50,901 nt of DNA from Candidatus Gastranaerophilales bacterium. Lineage in GTDB: Bacteria; Cyanobacteriota; Vampirovibrionia; Gastranaerophilales; Gastranaerophilaceae. Positions 28,766 to 37,936 of the stretch are shown here, piece by piece. Under the pieces are notes generated by a model. The model did not search any database and was not told the origin of the DNA. It saw only the letters and a list, made by a program, of their open reading frames with translations. The DNA is taken from contig CANPYB010000001.1 of assembly GCA_947587605.1 (NCBI GenBank), forward strand, positions 1-50,901, read 5' to 3'. A program made the translations under genes and the position numbers. Each line of letters opens with the position of its first letter. The stretch's first letter is position 1.

Positions 28766-29309
28766 ACTGTATATTCTTTTATATTATGAATTTTTAAAAA
28801 TAGGAATATTCGCAATAGGCGGCGGTTATGCGGCTTTGCCGTTCTTATATTTTATTCAAAGTAAATATAACTGGTTTAGTGTTGATGAACTAACAAATAT
28901 GATTGCCGTATCAAACATAACTCCCGGACCTATCGGAATAAATATGGCTACATATACGGGATTTACCACGGCAGGTGTTATCGGTTCATTAGTTTGTACA
29001 TTTGCAATTGAGTCGGCTCCTTTTTTATTTGCAATAACAATAATGAAAATATATGATAAATTTAAGTCCTGCAGCGCAGTTAATGCTATATTTAACGGAT
29101 TAAGACCTGCGTCGTGCGCATTGTTAACCGCAATAGGCCTGCAATTATTATATAAAACCTGTGTAACCCAAAAATCTTTTATTGTTGATTACAAGTCATT
29201 ATTCCTTTTTATTATTTTGATGATACCATTTTCATTTATGAAAAAACAGCCGTTACTTGCAATATTAGCAGGTGCTTTGGGCGGAATAATTTTAAATAAT
29301 TTTAAATAA
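28758..29309 (+). CDS. chromate transporter (CHR) family protein, half-size subunit 2
   Basis: FLKIGIFAIGGGYAALPF and NITPGPIGIN motifs. 8-nt overlap with subunit 1. Confidence 0.8.
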   Translation: MLKLYILLYYEFLKIGIFAIGGGYAALPFLYFIQSKYNWFSVDELTNMIAVSNITPGPIGINMATYTGFTTAGVIGSLVCTFAIESAPFLFAITIMKIYDKFKSCSAVNAIFNGLRPASCALLTAIGLQLLYKTCVTQKSFIVDYKSLFLFIILMIPFSFMKKQPLLAILAGALGGIILNNFK

Positions 29310-29420
29310 ATTATTAAGAAATATTAACAAAATGGATTTTTAAGTAAATTTTTAATCGCCAAATGTTTTTATAAAAATGTGGGTTAGTTTAATAAAAATT
29401 TAAAAAGGTGGAGGTTAGTT

Positions 29421-30038
29421 ATGGCTTATTCATTTGGCGGCTATGGTTTATTAAATAGCGGATCGGGTACTGCAGGTGTATTGGCCGGTAGAGGAATTAC
29501 CGCGGCAGATTTCTATAATGAAGATGCTTTAGACAGCAGATATGATTATCAAGATGCAAAAGAAGGTTATGAAATAGAATATGCAGGTCGTGATGCGGCA
29601 ATAGAAACTAATATAGCAAATGTTATTAGTTATATTTCAAGCGGACGTGAAGATGAAGCATTAGAAGCATATCAAGATTTACTAGATGAAATGATGTCAC
29701 AAACAAGATATGCATATTTAGTGGGTGAAGATGGCAATGATATACAATTAAGAGCAGTAGCAAAACAATTAATTGAATCCGAACTTGAAGACGGTCAAAA
29801 ATTAGAAGACTTTATTAATGATAATACTGTATCTGCTTCCGGAAGAAGCTGGCAAAAAACATTCTTCAACAACAGCAAGATAGATGAAGCAACATCTGAA
29901 GATTTATTAAATCTAATGTGCAATCAGAAAGAAGAAAAACATGTAAGTGCAGGTCAATATGTTTTAGAAGTAATTTGCACTCCTGTAAAACTCTTTACCG
30001 AATTAGGTGATTTCCTGTTCGGTCCTAAAAATCATTAA
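29421..30038 (+). CDS. hypothetical acidic protein
   Basis: 205-aa ORF with RBS ggtggagg. No recognisable family. Confidence 0.45.
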   Translation: MAYSFGGYGLLNSGSGTAGVLAGRGITAADFYNEDALDSRYDYQDAKEGYEIEYAGRDAAIETNIANVISYISSGREDEALEAYQDLLDEMMSQTRYAYLVGEDGNDIQLRAVAKQLIESELEDGQKLEDFINDNTVSASGRSWQKTFFNNSKIDEATSEDLLNLMCNQKEEKHVSAGQYVLEVICTPVKLFTELGDFLFGPKNH

Positions 30039-30060
30039 AAATAGTTTGAAACATGATAAC

Positions 30061-30088
30061 AAAAGGCGGATTAATTATCCGCCTTTTT
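30061..30088. terminator. bidirectional hairpin terminator overlapping the cysE 3' end
   Basis: aaaaggcggat-taat-atccgccttttt, with A-run and T-run on either side. Confidence 0.5.
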
Positions 30089-30730
30089 AAGTTCTTCTAT
30101 TTGTTCTTTTAAATCTTCAATTTCGTATTTTAATCTGTTAATTTGGCAGGTGACAGGGTCGGGGATTCTGTTATGCATTAATTGACCTTGTATTAACAGC
30201 TTTTGTTTGACAATTCTTCCGGGTATTCCGACAACTGTTGAATTTTCGGGAACATCATCAACTACAACAGAGCCTGCTCCTATTCTTGAATTAGAACCTA
30301 TCTCAATATTGCCTAAAATTTTAGCACCTGCACCTACTACAATATTATCATGCAGCGTAGGGTGGCGCTTGTCGTGTTCATTTCCCGTACCGCCAAGAGT
30401 TACGCCTTGGTATAGCAGAACATCATCACCAATAATTGTTGTTGCACCTATTACTACACCCATTCCGTGGTCGATAAAAAATCTTCTGCCTATTCTTGCG
30501 GCGGGGTGAATTTCTATTCCCGTTAAGACTCTTGAAATGTTAGATATAATCCTTGGAATTAAGGGAATTTTCCAATAGTTGAGCTTATGTGCAATCCTGT
30601 GCATAATCAGAGCATGAAGCCCCGGGTAACAAAATAAAACTTCAAGCAGATTTTCGGCTGCAGGGTCTTTTTCGTATATGGTTTTTATATCTTCTTTTAC
30701 TTGCGAAAATATTTTTTTTATTAATCGCAT
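30071..30730 (-). CDS. cysE: serine O-acetyltransferase
   Basis: DPAA...[39 protein letters not shown] and hexapeptide repeats. Confidence 0.9.
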   Translation of the reverse strand: MRLIKKIFSQVKEDIKTIYEKDPAAENLLEVLFCYPGLHALIMHRIAHKLNYWKIPLIPRIISNISRVLTGIEIHPAARIGRRFFIDHGMGVVIGATTIIGDDVLLYQGVTLGGTGNEHDKRHPTLHDNIVVGAGAKILGNIEIGSNSRIGAGSVVVDDVPENSTVVGIPGRIVKQKLLIQGQLMHNRIPDPVTCQINRLKYEIEDLKEQIEELKKADN

Positions 30731-31954
30731 TTATACACCTTTTATGTATTTTCTTTTCCCGTATTGAACTATAACAGGAAGCATTGAAGCTGTAATTAAG
30801 AAATTAGGGTTAGCCTGCTTTTCCGAATTAATTTTTAAAGCTCCCGATTGAGCAAGACGTTTTATTTCGCCTCTGCTTAACGATTTATCAAAGTCAGAAA
30901 TAAAATCAATTAAAGAAATGTCGCTTGTGACTTTAACTTCGGGAATGTCATCAGGTATTTCTTTATGTTGTACAACTTTTATAAAATTAGCCTGCGCTTC
31001 GTCGGCTGCCGTTTTACCGTTATACATTTGGGTTATTGTATAAGCCAGTTTCATTTTTAAATCACGAGGATTTGATGTTTTTAATTGTTCTTCAACTTGT
31101 TTTAATTCTTCATTTGATATATCAGTTAAAAGGGCAAAGTATTTTACTATTAAGTTGTCAGAAATGGACATTAATTTTCCGTACATATCATTAGGCGTGT
31201 CGGTTAGTGAAATGCAGTGCTGAGGGAAAGATTTTGACATTTTAACGATACCGTCAGTCCCCTCAAGCAGAGGAAGAAGCATAACCATTTGCGGATGTTC
31301 TTTTCCGTAAGCTGTTTGTATTTCACGTCCCAGAAGATTGTTAAATCTTTGATCTGTTCCGCCAAGTTCTATATCTGCATCAATAACTACGCTGTCATAA
31401 GCCTGCATTAAAGGATAGAAAAATTCATGCACCGAAATCGGGCGGTTTTCCGCATATCTTTTTGCAAAATCATCTCTTGTCATAATTTGAGCAACCGTTA
31501 CTTTTGATGCAAGTTTTAACATATCAACAAAGTTTAAGTTAAACAGCCAATCGGCATTATTTCTAATTTCAGCTTTATTTACATCAACAACTTTTGAAAT
31601 TTGCTCAAAATATGTTTTGGCATTTTCTTCAACCTGCTCTTTTGTAAGACTCGGTCTTGTATCTGATTTTCCTGACGGGTCGCCAATCATGGCAGTTCCG
31701 CCGCCGACTATTAATATAATTTGATGTCCTAAGTCTTGAAACTGCTTAATTTTACGCATAACAACCGTATGTCCTAAGTGTAAATCCGGACGCGACGGAT
31801 CCATACCGAGTTTTATTCTTAACGGTTTATTTTCTTCTTTTGATTTTTGTAATTTTAATGCTAATTCTTCAATACCGCCCGGTAGTACCTCTGCTCCGCG
31901 GGCTAACAGTGCGGCTTGCTGTAAATATTCTTCTTTAATTTTTATTGTTTCCAT
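30731..31954 (-). CDS. tyrS: tyrosine--tRNA ligase
   Basis: HIGH motif (HLGHTV), KMSKS and a C-terminal S4-like domain. Confidence 0.95.
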   Translation of the reverse strand: METIKIKEEYLQQAALLARGAEVLPGGIEELALKLQKSKEENKPLRIKLGMDPSRPDLHLGHTVVMRKIKQFQDLGHQIILIVGGGTAMIGDPSGKSDTRPSLTKEQVEENAKTYFEQISKVVDVNKAEIRNNADWLFNLNFVDMLKLASKVTVAQIMTRDDFAKRYAENRPISVHEFFYPLMQAYDSVVIDADIELGGTDQRFNNLLGREIQTAYGKEHPQMVMLLPLLEGTDGIVKMSKSFPQHCISLTDTPNDMYGKLMSISDNLIVKYFALLTDISNEELKQVEEQLKTSNPRDLKMKLAYTITQMYNGKTAADEAQANFIKVVQHKEIPDDIPEVKVTSDISLIDFISDFDKSLSRGEIKRLAQSGALKINSEKQANPNFLITASMLPVIVQYGKRKYIKGV

Positions 31955-31998
31955 TTTTACACCTGTTTCTTGAAACTATTATTGCAGAAAAAAAACAA

Positions 31999-32027
31999 TA
32001 AAAAAAGTCCGACGAAAAGTCGGACTT
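31999..32027 (-). terminator. rho-independent terminator of the 32045-32242 gene
   Basis: gtccgac-gaaaa-gtcggac, with a T-run downstream on the minus strand. Confidence 0.65.
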
Positions 32028-32044
32028 TTAAACATTTAATGAAA

Positions 32045-32242
32045 CTATACTAATCTAACGTTTGTAGATGTTCCTTTTTTAGTCATTTCAACTTTGCCTT
32101 CTCTTGCTAACCAGCCTAAGCCTAATTCTGCAAAGTTTGCTTTTAAATCTAAATCTTTTTTCATTTTAGCGATAGTGGTTTCTCCATTTTCGTTTAAATA
32201 ATTCCAGATTTGTCCAGCTGTTTCACCTATCATTTCCATCAT
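32045..32242 (-). CDS. winged-helix DUF2582-like small protein
   Basis: ETAGQIWNYLNENGE...LGLGWLAREGKV pattern; 65 aa. Confidence 0.55.
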   Translation of the reverse strand: MMEMIGETAGQIWNYLNENGETTIAKMKKDLDLKANFAELGLGWLAREGKVEMTKKGTSTNVRLV

Positions 32243-32336
32243 TGAAATCTCCTTTGTTTGTAAGTGCTATTAACATTTCTATCATGTAATGTATAATTTT
32301 AGTATAGTACATTTAAAAAAGGTTGTAAAGAAAAAA

Positions 32337-32828
32337 ATGAATAAAGGCAAAGTGTGGAAATACGCTGATAATGTGGATACAGACGTAATCATTCCTGCAA
32401 GGTATTTGAATACATCTTCGCATGAAGAACTGGCAAAACATTGTATGGAGGATTTAGATAAAACATTTGCAAAGGAAGTTGAAAAATCGGATATAATAGT
32501 TGCTGGCGAGAATTTCGGCTGCGGCTCATCAAGAGAGCATGCCCCTGCAGCTATAAAAGCTTCAGGAGTTTCACTTGTAATTGCAAAGAGTTTCGCTAGA
32601 ATATTCTACCGTAATGCAATAAATATTGGGCTTGCAATACTCGAACATCCATATTTAAGTGATGAGTGCAGTAAAAATGATGTTATTGAGTATGATTTAA
32701 CTGAGGGAAAAGTTAAAAATTTAACTACTGGGAAAGAATATATTTGCAATAAATTTCCTGCCGAAATAGAAAAACTTATAAATGCAGGCGGATTAATTAA
32801 CTATACTAAAGAAAAATTAATGAAATAA
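32337..32828 (+). CDS. leuD: 3-isopropylmalate dehydratase small subunit-like (aconitase swivel domain) protein
   Basis: [21 protein letters not shown] and [14 protein letters not shown]. Start moved to MNKGKVW; the track ORF starts at 32289. Confidence 0.75.
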   Translation: MNKGKVWKYADNVDTDVIIPARYLNTSSHEELAKHCMEDLDKTFAKEVEKSDIIVAGENFGCGSSREHAPAAIKASGVSLVIAKSFARIFYRNAINIGLAILEHPYLSDECSKNDVIEYDLTEGKVKNLTTGKEYICNKFPAEIEKLINAGGLINYTKEKLMK

Positions 32829-32851
32829 AAAAGCCCCATTGGGGCTTTTTA
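32827..32851. terminator. bidirectional terminator between convergent leuD-like and hpf genes
   Basis: aaaaagcccc-att-ggggcttttt. Confidence 0.7.
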
Positions 32852-32853
32852 GT

Positions 32854-33213
32854 TTATTCTGTAACAGTTTCTTCAGTTTCTATAACATCAGTTCTAATTG
32901 AAGCTGATTTAGAGCCTGTTATTTGTTTCTCTTTAAACTTTTTAACTTGTCTGTTAAGTTTATCCGCAACAAGGTCAATACTTGCATACATAGATTCTGC
33001 ACTTTCTTCCGCTTTAACGGAACCTGAAATAAATTTGCAAATAACTTCTGCAGTATGACTTTGAGCTACGGACGGATTTTTAATAACATTTAAAACCACG
33101 TCAATAGACTGAATTTGGTCATAATGATTCATAACCTTACCGATTTTTTCTTCCGCATAAGCACGAATAGGATCGGTAATCTCAATGTTACGCCCTTTTA
33201 CAGTAATGCGCAT
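32854..33213 (-). CDS. hpf: ribosome hibernation promoting factor / RaiA family (short form)
   Basis: MRITVKGRNIEITDPIRAYAEEKI. RBS ggagg lies 9 nt before this ATG; the track ORF starts 15 nt further upstream. Confidence 0.85.
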   Translation of the reverse strand: MRITVKGRNIEITDPIRAYAEEKIGKVMNHYDQIQSIDVVLNVIKNPSVAQSHTAEVICKFISGSVKAEESAESMYASIDLVADKLNRQVKKFKEKQITGSKSASIRTDVIETEETVTE

Positions 33214-33329
33214 TAATTCTGCCTCCATAATATCTACTCTGTTATTATACCCTATTTAGAGCATGTTTTAAACCCGTATTTTTAAAAGTTTAAATAAATG
33301 ATATAATTGTTATGAAAAAGGAAAAAGAT

Positions 33330-34295
33330 ATGAGCGAATACTCAATTGGAATAGATTTGGGCGGAACTAAGATTTTAACTGCCATTGTGAATAAAACAAC
33401 GGGTGAAGTTGTTTCTTTTATTAAGAAAAAAACAAAAAAAGATAAAGGCACGGAAAAAATACTTCAAAAAATAATAAATTCAATAAATGACGTAATTGCG
33501 GAAAGTAATATTCCGTTGAGTGATATAGAAAACATAGGTCTTGGCGCTGCAGGTCAGATAGACAGAGAAAGCGGAATAATTATTAATGCTCCAAATCTTG
33601 ATTGTGCTAATGTAAATATTAAAGAAATATTGGAAAAAGAGTTTAAATTGCCCGTATATTTGGGTAATGATGTTGAAATAGCAACTGTCGGGGAAATGTA
33701 TTTCGGGGCGGGGAAAAATGAAAGTGATTATGTCTGCATATTTGTCGGAACGGGAATAGGCTCGGGAATTGTTCAAAACGGTAAATTACGTTATGGAACG
33801 ACGGGAACTGCGGGTGAAATTGGTCATATTATAGTAGATATTGGCGGGCGTTCATGCGGTTGCGGCGGCTGCGGGTGCTTAGAAGCCTATGCTTCAAGGC
33901 TCGCAATTGAAAAAAGAATAATAGGTGCGTTAAAAAAAGGCAGAAAATCTGATATTGAAAATTATCTTGTCGAAGATAAACCGATAAAAACAAGCATGAT
34001 AAAAAAATCACTTGATAATAAAGATGAACTTATAACACAGATTATTAATGAAGCATCTGAGTATTTAGCTTCGGGGCTTGCGAGTATAATAAACTTTTAT
34101 AATCCTTCTTTAATAATACTTGGCGGAGGATTGATGAATGCTATAGATTATTTTTATGAGCATTCAACACAAATTGCAAAAATAAAGTCACTTCCGACAC
34201 CTGCCTCTAAAATCCGTTTTGAAAGAGCTAAACTGGGTGATTTTTCGGGAGTAATCGGTGCGGCACTTTTGGCTCAATACAGAAAAACAATATAA
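33330..34295 (+). CDS. ROK-family glucokinase
   Basis: IGIDLGGTK, GEIGH and the Zn motif CGCGGCGCLE. The start could instead be 33312. Confidence 0.85.
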   Translation: MSEYSIGIDLGGTKILTAIVNKTTGEVVSFIKKKTKKDKGTEKILQKIINSINDVIAESNIPLSDIENIGLGAAGQIDRESGIIINAPNLDCANVNIKEILEKEFKLPVYLGNDVEIATVGEMYFGAGKNESDYVCIFVGTGIGSGIVQNGKLRYGTTGTAGEIGHIIVDIGGRSCGCGGCGCLEAYASRLAIEKRIIGALKKGRKSDIENYLVEDKPIKTSMIKKSLDNKDELITQIINEASEYLASGLASIINFYNPSLIILGGGLMNAIDYFYEHSTQIAKIKSLPTPASKIRFERAKLGDFSGVIGAALLAQYRKTI

Positions 34296-34391
34296 AAAAA
34301 TAAATAAAAAACCTTTAAATATGATAAAAAGTTTTGTATAAATATATGCTTGACCGAAAAAAATGTTAATGATATTCTAAAATAGTTAAAT

Positions 34392-34476
34392 GGGCTTGTG
34401 GCACTCTGCCGACGAAAACGATTGAGTATCGTTTGAGGAGAGGTAGGTAGCGCAAAAGCTACCGCAGCATAAGTCC
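34392..34476 (+). ncRNA. candidate structured RNA upstream of and probably co-transcribed with the CAT-anticodon tRNA (class unknown)
   Basis: Hand fold: closing helix gggcttgtg/cataagtcc plus hairpins aaacgat-tgagt-atcgttt and ggtagc-gcaaaa-gctacc. TTGACC-17-TATTCT promoter at 34350-34378. Shares its first 11 nt with the tRNA. Confidence 0.3.
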
Positions 34477-34491
34477 TACATATTAAAACAT

Positions 34492-34563
34492 GGGCTTGTG
34501 GCGCAGCGGTAGCGCAGGGGACTCATAATCCCTTGGTCGTAGGTTCGAATCCTACCGGGCCCA
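34492..34563 (+). tRNA. tRNA with CAT anticodon (elongator Met or lysidine-modified Ile2; not initiator-like)
   Basis: Acceptor gggcttg/cgggccc (G1-C72), anticodon loop ctcataa, T arm gtagg-ttcgaat-cctac. Confidence 0.85.
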
Positions 34564-34577
34564 GTTTTATTGTTTTC

Positions 34578-37500
34578 CTATAATAAATTTAAAGTGCAAA
34601 TTTGTTTATAACTGCAGTATTGACAGGTATTATCAGTCCTTTCATCAGGGGGATTAAAATTCATTTTATCAATGTTTTCATAAACATAATTTATTTTATC
34701 TTTTATTATTTCGTTGTCCTCATTAGTGAGTGTTATGTAATAGTTTTTTTCTGAATCTTCGGCAAAAATAATTCCTGCTTTTGATACTTTTGTATTGGGA
34801 TTTGAAAGTTCAAATGCAAATTTATAAAATCTTAATTGATTTAAGTAATGTTCAAAATCCCCGCCGTCAATAATTTTATTCTTTGATTTAGCGCTTCCCG
34901 TTTTATAATCATAAAGTTCAAAAGTTCCGTCAGAATTCTTTTCAATCCTGTCAACAAAACCTTTTAAAAATTTGTTATTATAAGGAATATGGTTTAAATA
35001 TAATTCTGTTGCATAAATTCTTGAATATGGAATTTGAGTGAAATTTTTATAAAATTCAGTAAGTGATTTTTCGCCCCGAAGTGTAAATTCTTCTTTTTTA
35101 TTTTGAGATTCAAATTTTTGTTTGTTTATATAGTAGTGAAAATCCTCAATCATCTCGGATAAAGGTGGATAATTGTCTTTTTCCTTAGCTTTTTTTACTG
35201 CAGTTTCAAGAGTTTTATGTATTGCGCTTCCGTAGCTTGCGCTGTCTGATGAGTCTTCATATACGGGTATTTTTAATATTTCCGAGTATAAAAATCCTCT
35301 CGGACAGTTTAAATACGAGCTCATTGAACTGGGGCTTATAATAAATTCTTTTGTTCTTGCTTTTATTTCTTCATAAAAATCTGTTTTGTAGTCATATTTG
35401 CATTTTGTTATTGATTGAGCTATCTCAAGTGCGTAATTTTCTCTCGGCAGTTCGTGTGTATATGTTTGAGTTAAATTATCCTCCTCCGATATAACATTTG
35501 AAAGGTGGCGAGTTAATTCTTGCGGGCTCCCGTCAATAGAATTGGAGCACGAAAGCATTAAAAAATGTTTTGCTCTTGTTATGCCTACAAACAATAATCT
35601 TAATTGTTCGGATTCTTTTGCCTGCTCAATATCCGTATCAGTGTCATTTTTTTCAATAGGGAGTGTCATTGTCTTTGTTATTCTTTTTCCCTCCCATTTT
35701 CTTGCTGTTAAATTAGGGATAAAGACATAATCAAACTCACGACCTTTTGATGAATGTATGGTTAACAGCTGAACTGCATTTTGAGTATATTCTTCTTTAT
35801 CTATCAATATTGGAATGTTGCTTTCAAAAGAATTTTCAATGTGATTTATAAAATCCGACAATGTTTTTGTACTGTCCCGATTTATCAATCCTTGCGCTTC
35901 ATCAATAATCTTTTTAATTGCGTATATATTTTCACTTCTGTTTATTTCACAATCAAGATAGTATTTTAAAATCCCTGTTGCATTGACTGTTTCAATTATT
36001 AAATTTCTTATATTCTCACTTGATTTGTACATTCTTAAAAAATCATAGACGGAAATAAAATTTTCAACAGCCTGTCTGTTTTTCCATTGTCTTGATTTTA
36101 AATTTTCTTTAATGCTGCTTATTAAATCTTTTCCGTTAATCCTTGTTTTTTCTAAAAGAAAATTGTAATCTTCAAGGTCAAAGTTAAACGGTTCCGATAT
36201 TAAAAGCGCATATAATTTATCAGCATACATTTGATTGTTTTCTAATGCCTGCAAATAAAAATACACAATAATTGATGAATTTATATCAAAAATGCTTTTA
36301 TTTGATTTTATTTGATATTGAATATTTTTAGCTTCAAGCAGTTTTGCAAAATTAGTCAATTCATTATTATCTCTTGTCAGAATGGCAATTTTTGATAAAT
36401 CTTTTTCTCCGTCTTTGTTTGGGCAGTCATCAGATTTTATTAATTCTTCAATTTGAGAAACAATAAAGTTATTTTCCTGCTTTATATCTGCAAATGTATG
36501 AATTTGTATCTTCTTATTTAACGGAACAATATTAGGATTTTTCGCAGTTAATTTTTTTGAAATATTATAATTTGCAAATTTCGGGTTGTTTTCAAGTCTT
36601 GATTTATCTTGAGAAATAACTTTATAGCTGAAATCTAATATATTTTGAGTCGAACGGTTGTTTTCGTTTAAGCATATTACATTTGTATTAGGATATTTTA
36701 TTAAAAATTTTTCAAGAGTGTCTGTTTTTGCGCCTTGAAATTCATAAATAATTTGGTCATCATCGCCTACGACAAAAATATTATCTGTTTTTGCACCCTC
36801 TGCGAGTTTAAAAACTATGCTGTTTTGAGAATAATTAGTGTCTTGATATTCATCAACAAGAAAGTATTTGAATTGAGAAGCAGCCTGCCGTAAAAATTCA
36901 TTTTTGTACTCAAAAGCATCAAGCACAAGGCATATCATGTCATTAAAATCAATTAAATTATTTTTTTTCAGCTTAATATCATAGCATTCATAAATATCCC
37001 AAGCCTCTTTTGCTTTTCCCATTTTCTTTTTATGGTCATCAAGTGATTTTAAAAAGGTTTTAACGAGTTTTCCGTTTTCTTCACGCTCTTTGTATTCTTT
37101 GTTTAATTCGTTTAACTTTCCCATCCATTCTTTGTGCGTGTTTAGGGTGTTAAAGTATTCTTCTTTTGTTACTCTGTTTGATTTTATTTCATCAACGGCA
37201 CTTAAAAGTTCTGAAATGTAATAATAAGAATCTCCCCATTTTGTTTTGTAATATTGGGGTTTTATTTCGTCAATGACTTCTTTCATCAGGGCTCTTTTTG
37301 TAATGTCATCAATAAGACTTACCCCGTCTAATAATTCAAATTCATAAGGGTATTGCTTTATAATTTCATTACAAAAAGCGTGATAAGTATTAACAACAAC
37401 AGCGGATGCCTTAGCCCCGATATTTTTCACAAGTCTGGCTTTCATTTCGTTTGCGGCAGCCTCTGAATATGTCAAACATAAAACAGACTCAGGCTTAATT

Positions 37501-37664
37501 CCCGTTTCAAGCATATATTTAATACGCTCAATAATAGTAAATGTTTTACCGGTCCCCGGGCCTGCTAAAACCATAACGGGTCCGTCAATTGTTTTAATGC
37601 ACTCTAATTGCTTTGTATTAGGGATAATTTGTGTATTTTTTTCTTGAATTATTGACATATCCAA
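34578..37664 (-). CDS. UvrD/PcrA-type SF1 helicase fused to a C-terminal PD-(D/E)XK (Cas4/AddB-like, Fe-S) nuclease
   Basis: Helicase motifs: Walker A AGPGTGKT, motif II FLVDEYQDTN, TIHSSKGREFDYVF, VGITRAK. Nuclease motifs: YLNCPRGF, GFVDRIE...LYDYKTGS, QLRFY, CQYCSYKQIC. Confidence 0.85.
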   Translation of the reverse strand: MDMSIIQEKNTQIIPNTKQLECIKTIDGPVMVLAGPGTGKTFTIIERIKYMLETGIKPESVLCLTYSEAAANEMKARLVKNIGAKASAVVVNTYHAFCNEIIKQYPYEFELLDGVSLIDDITKRALMKEVIDEIKPQYYKTKWGDSYYYISELLSAVDEIKSNRVTKEEYFNTLNTHKEWMGKLNELNKEYKEREENGKLVKTFLKSLDDHKKKMGKAKEAWDIYECYDIKLKKNNLIDFNDMICLVLDAFEYKNEFLRQAASQFKYFLVDEYQDTNYSQNSIVFKLAEGAKTDNIFVVGDDDQIIYEFQGAKTDTLEKFLIKYPNTNVICLNENNRSTQNILDFSYKVISQDKSRLENNPKFANYNISKKLTAKNPNIVPLNKKIQIHTFADIKQENNFIVSQIEELIKSDDCPNKDGEKDLSKIAILTRDNNELTNFAKLLEAKNIQYQIKSNKSIFDINSSIIVYFYLQALENNQMYADKLYALLISEPFNFDLEDYNFLLEKTRINGKDLISSIKENLKSRQWKNRQAVENFISVYDFLRMYKSSENIRNLIIETVNATGILKYYLDCEINRSENIYAIKKIIDEAQGLINRDSTKTLSDFINHIENSFESNIPILIDKEEYTQNAVQLLTIHSSKGREFDYVFIPNLTARKWEGKRITKTMTLPIEKNDTDTDIEQAKESEQLRLLFVGITRAKHFLMLSCSNSIDGSPQELTRHLSNVISEEDNLTQTYTHELPRENYALEIAQSITKCKYDYKTDFYEEIKARTKEFIISPSSMSSYLNCPRGFLYSEILKIPVYEDSSDSASYGSAIHKTLETAVKKAKEKDNYPPLSEMIEDFHYYINKQKFESQNKKEEFTLRGEKSLTEFYKNFTQIPYSRIYATELYLNHIPYNNKFLKGFVDRIEKNSDGTFELYDYKTGSAKSKNKIIDGGDFEHYLNQLRFYKFAFELSNPNTKVSKAGIIFAEDSEKNYYITLTNEDNEIIKDKINYVYENIDKMNFNPPDERTDNTCQYCSYKQICTLNLL

Positions 37665-37693
37665 AATCCTGTTTTATTTAATTTTATATTAAA

Positions 37694-37710
37694 AAACCCG
37701 TCTGTTCAAC
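37694..37710. repeat. left copy of a 17-bp direct repeat flanking the R-M cassette
   Basis: aaacccgtctgttcaac, identical to 41341-41357. Weaker similarity extends over about 35 bp. Confidence 0.7.
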
Positions 37711-37936
37711 ACAGGCATATTAAGAAAGAACTCTTTCTTTCATCTGTTAAAAAATAACTGAAAATTCTTATTTTCTTTGTATTAAATTATGGTTTTAATT
37801 GATCTATGTGATTTTTATTTATAGCGTACTAAAATTTTTTTCTATTAATATGAGAAAAGATAATAAAGAAATTTAGTTTTGTAAAATATTTAGATATTAT
37901 GCTTATTTATGATATATTAGTTAATCAAGGTGTAGA

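Noticed and set aside
31955-32044. T-box or other leader upstream of tyrS
   Set aside because: The 90-bp intergenic region is too short for a T-box. It is largely occupied by the terminator of the upstream 65-aa gene.
34392-34476. Small SRP (4.5S) RNA
   Set aside because: aggtaggtagc...gcagca is loosely reminiscent of helix 8. However, the GGAA/GNRA tetraloop context and the conserved GGAAGCAGC strand are not reproduced. An extra hairpin also creates a three-way junction, so the element is kept only as an unclassified candidate.
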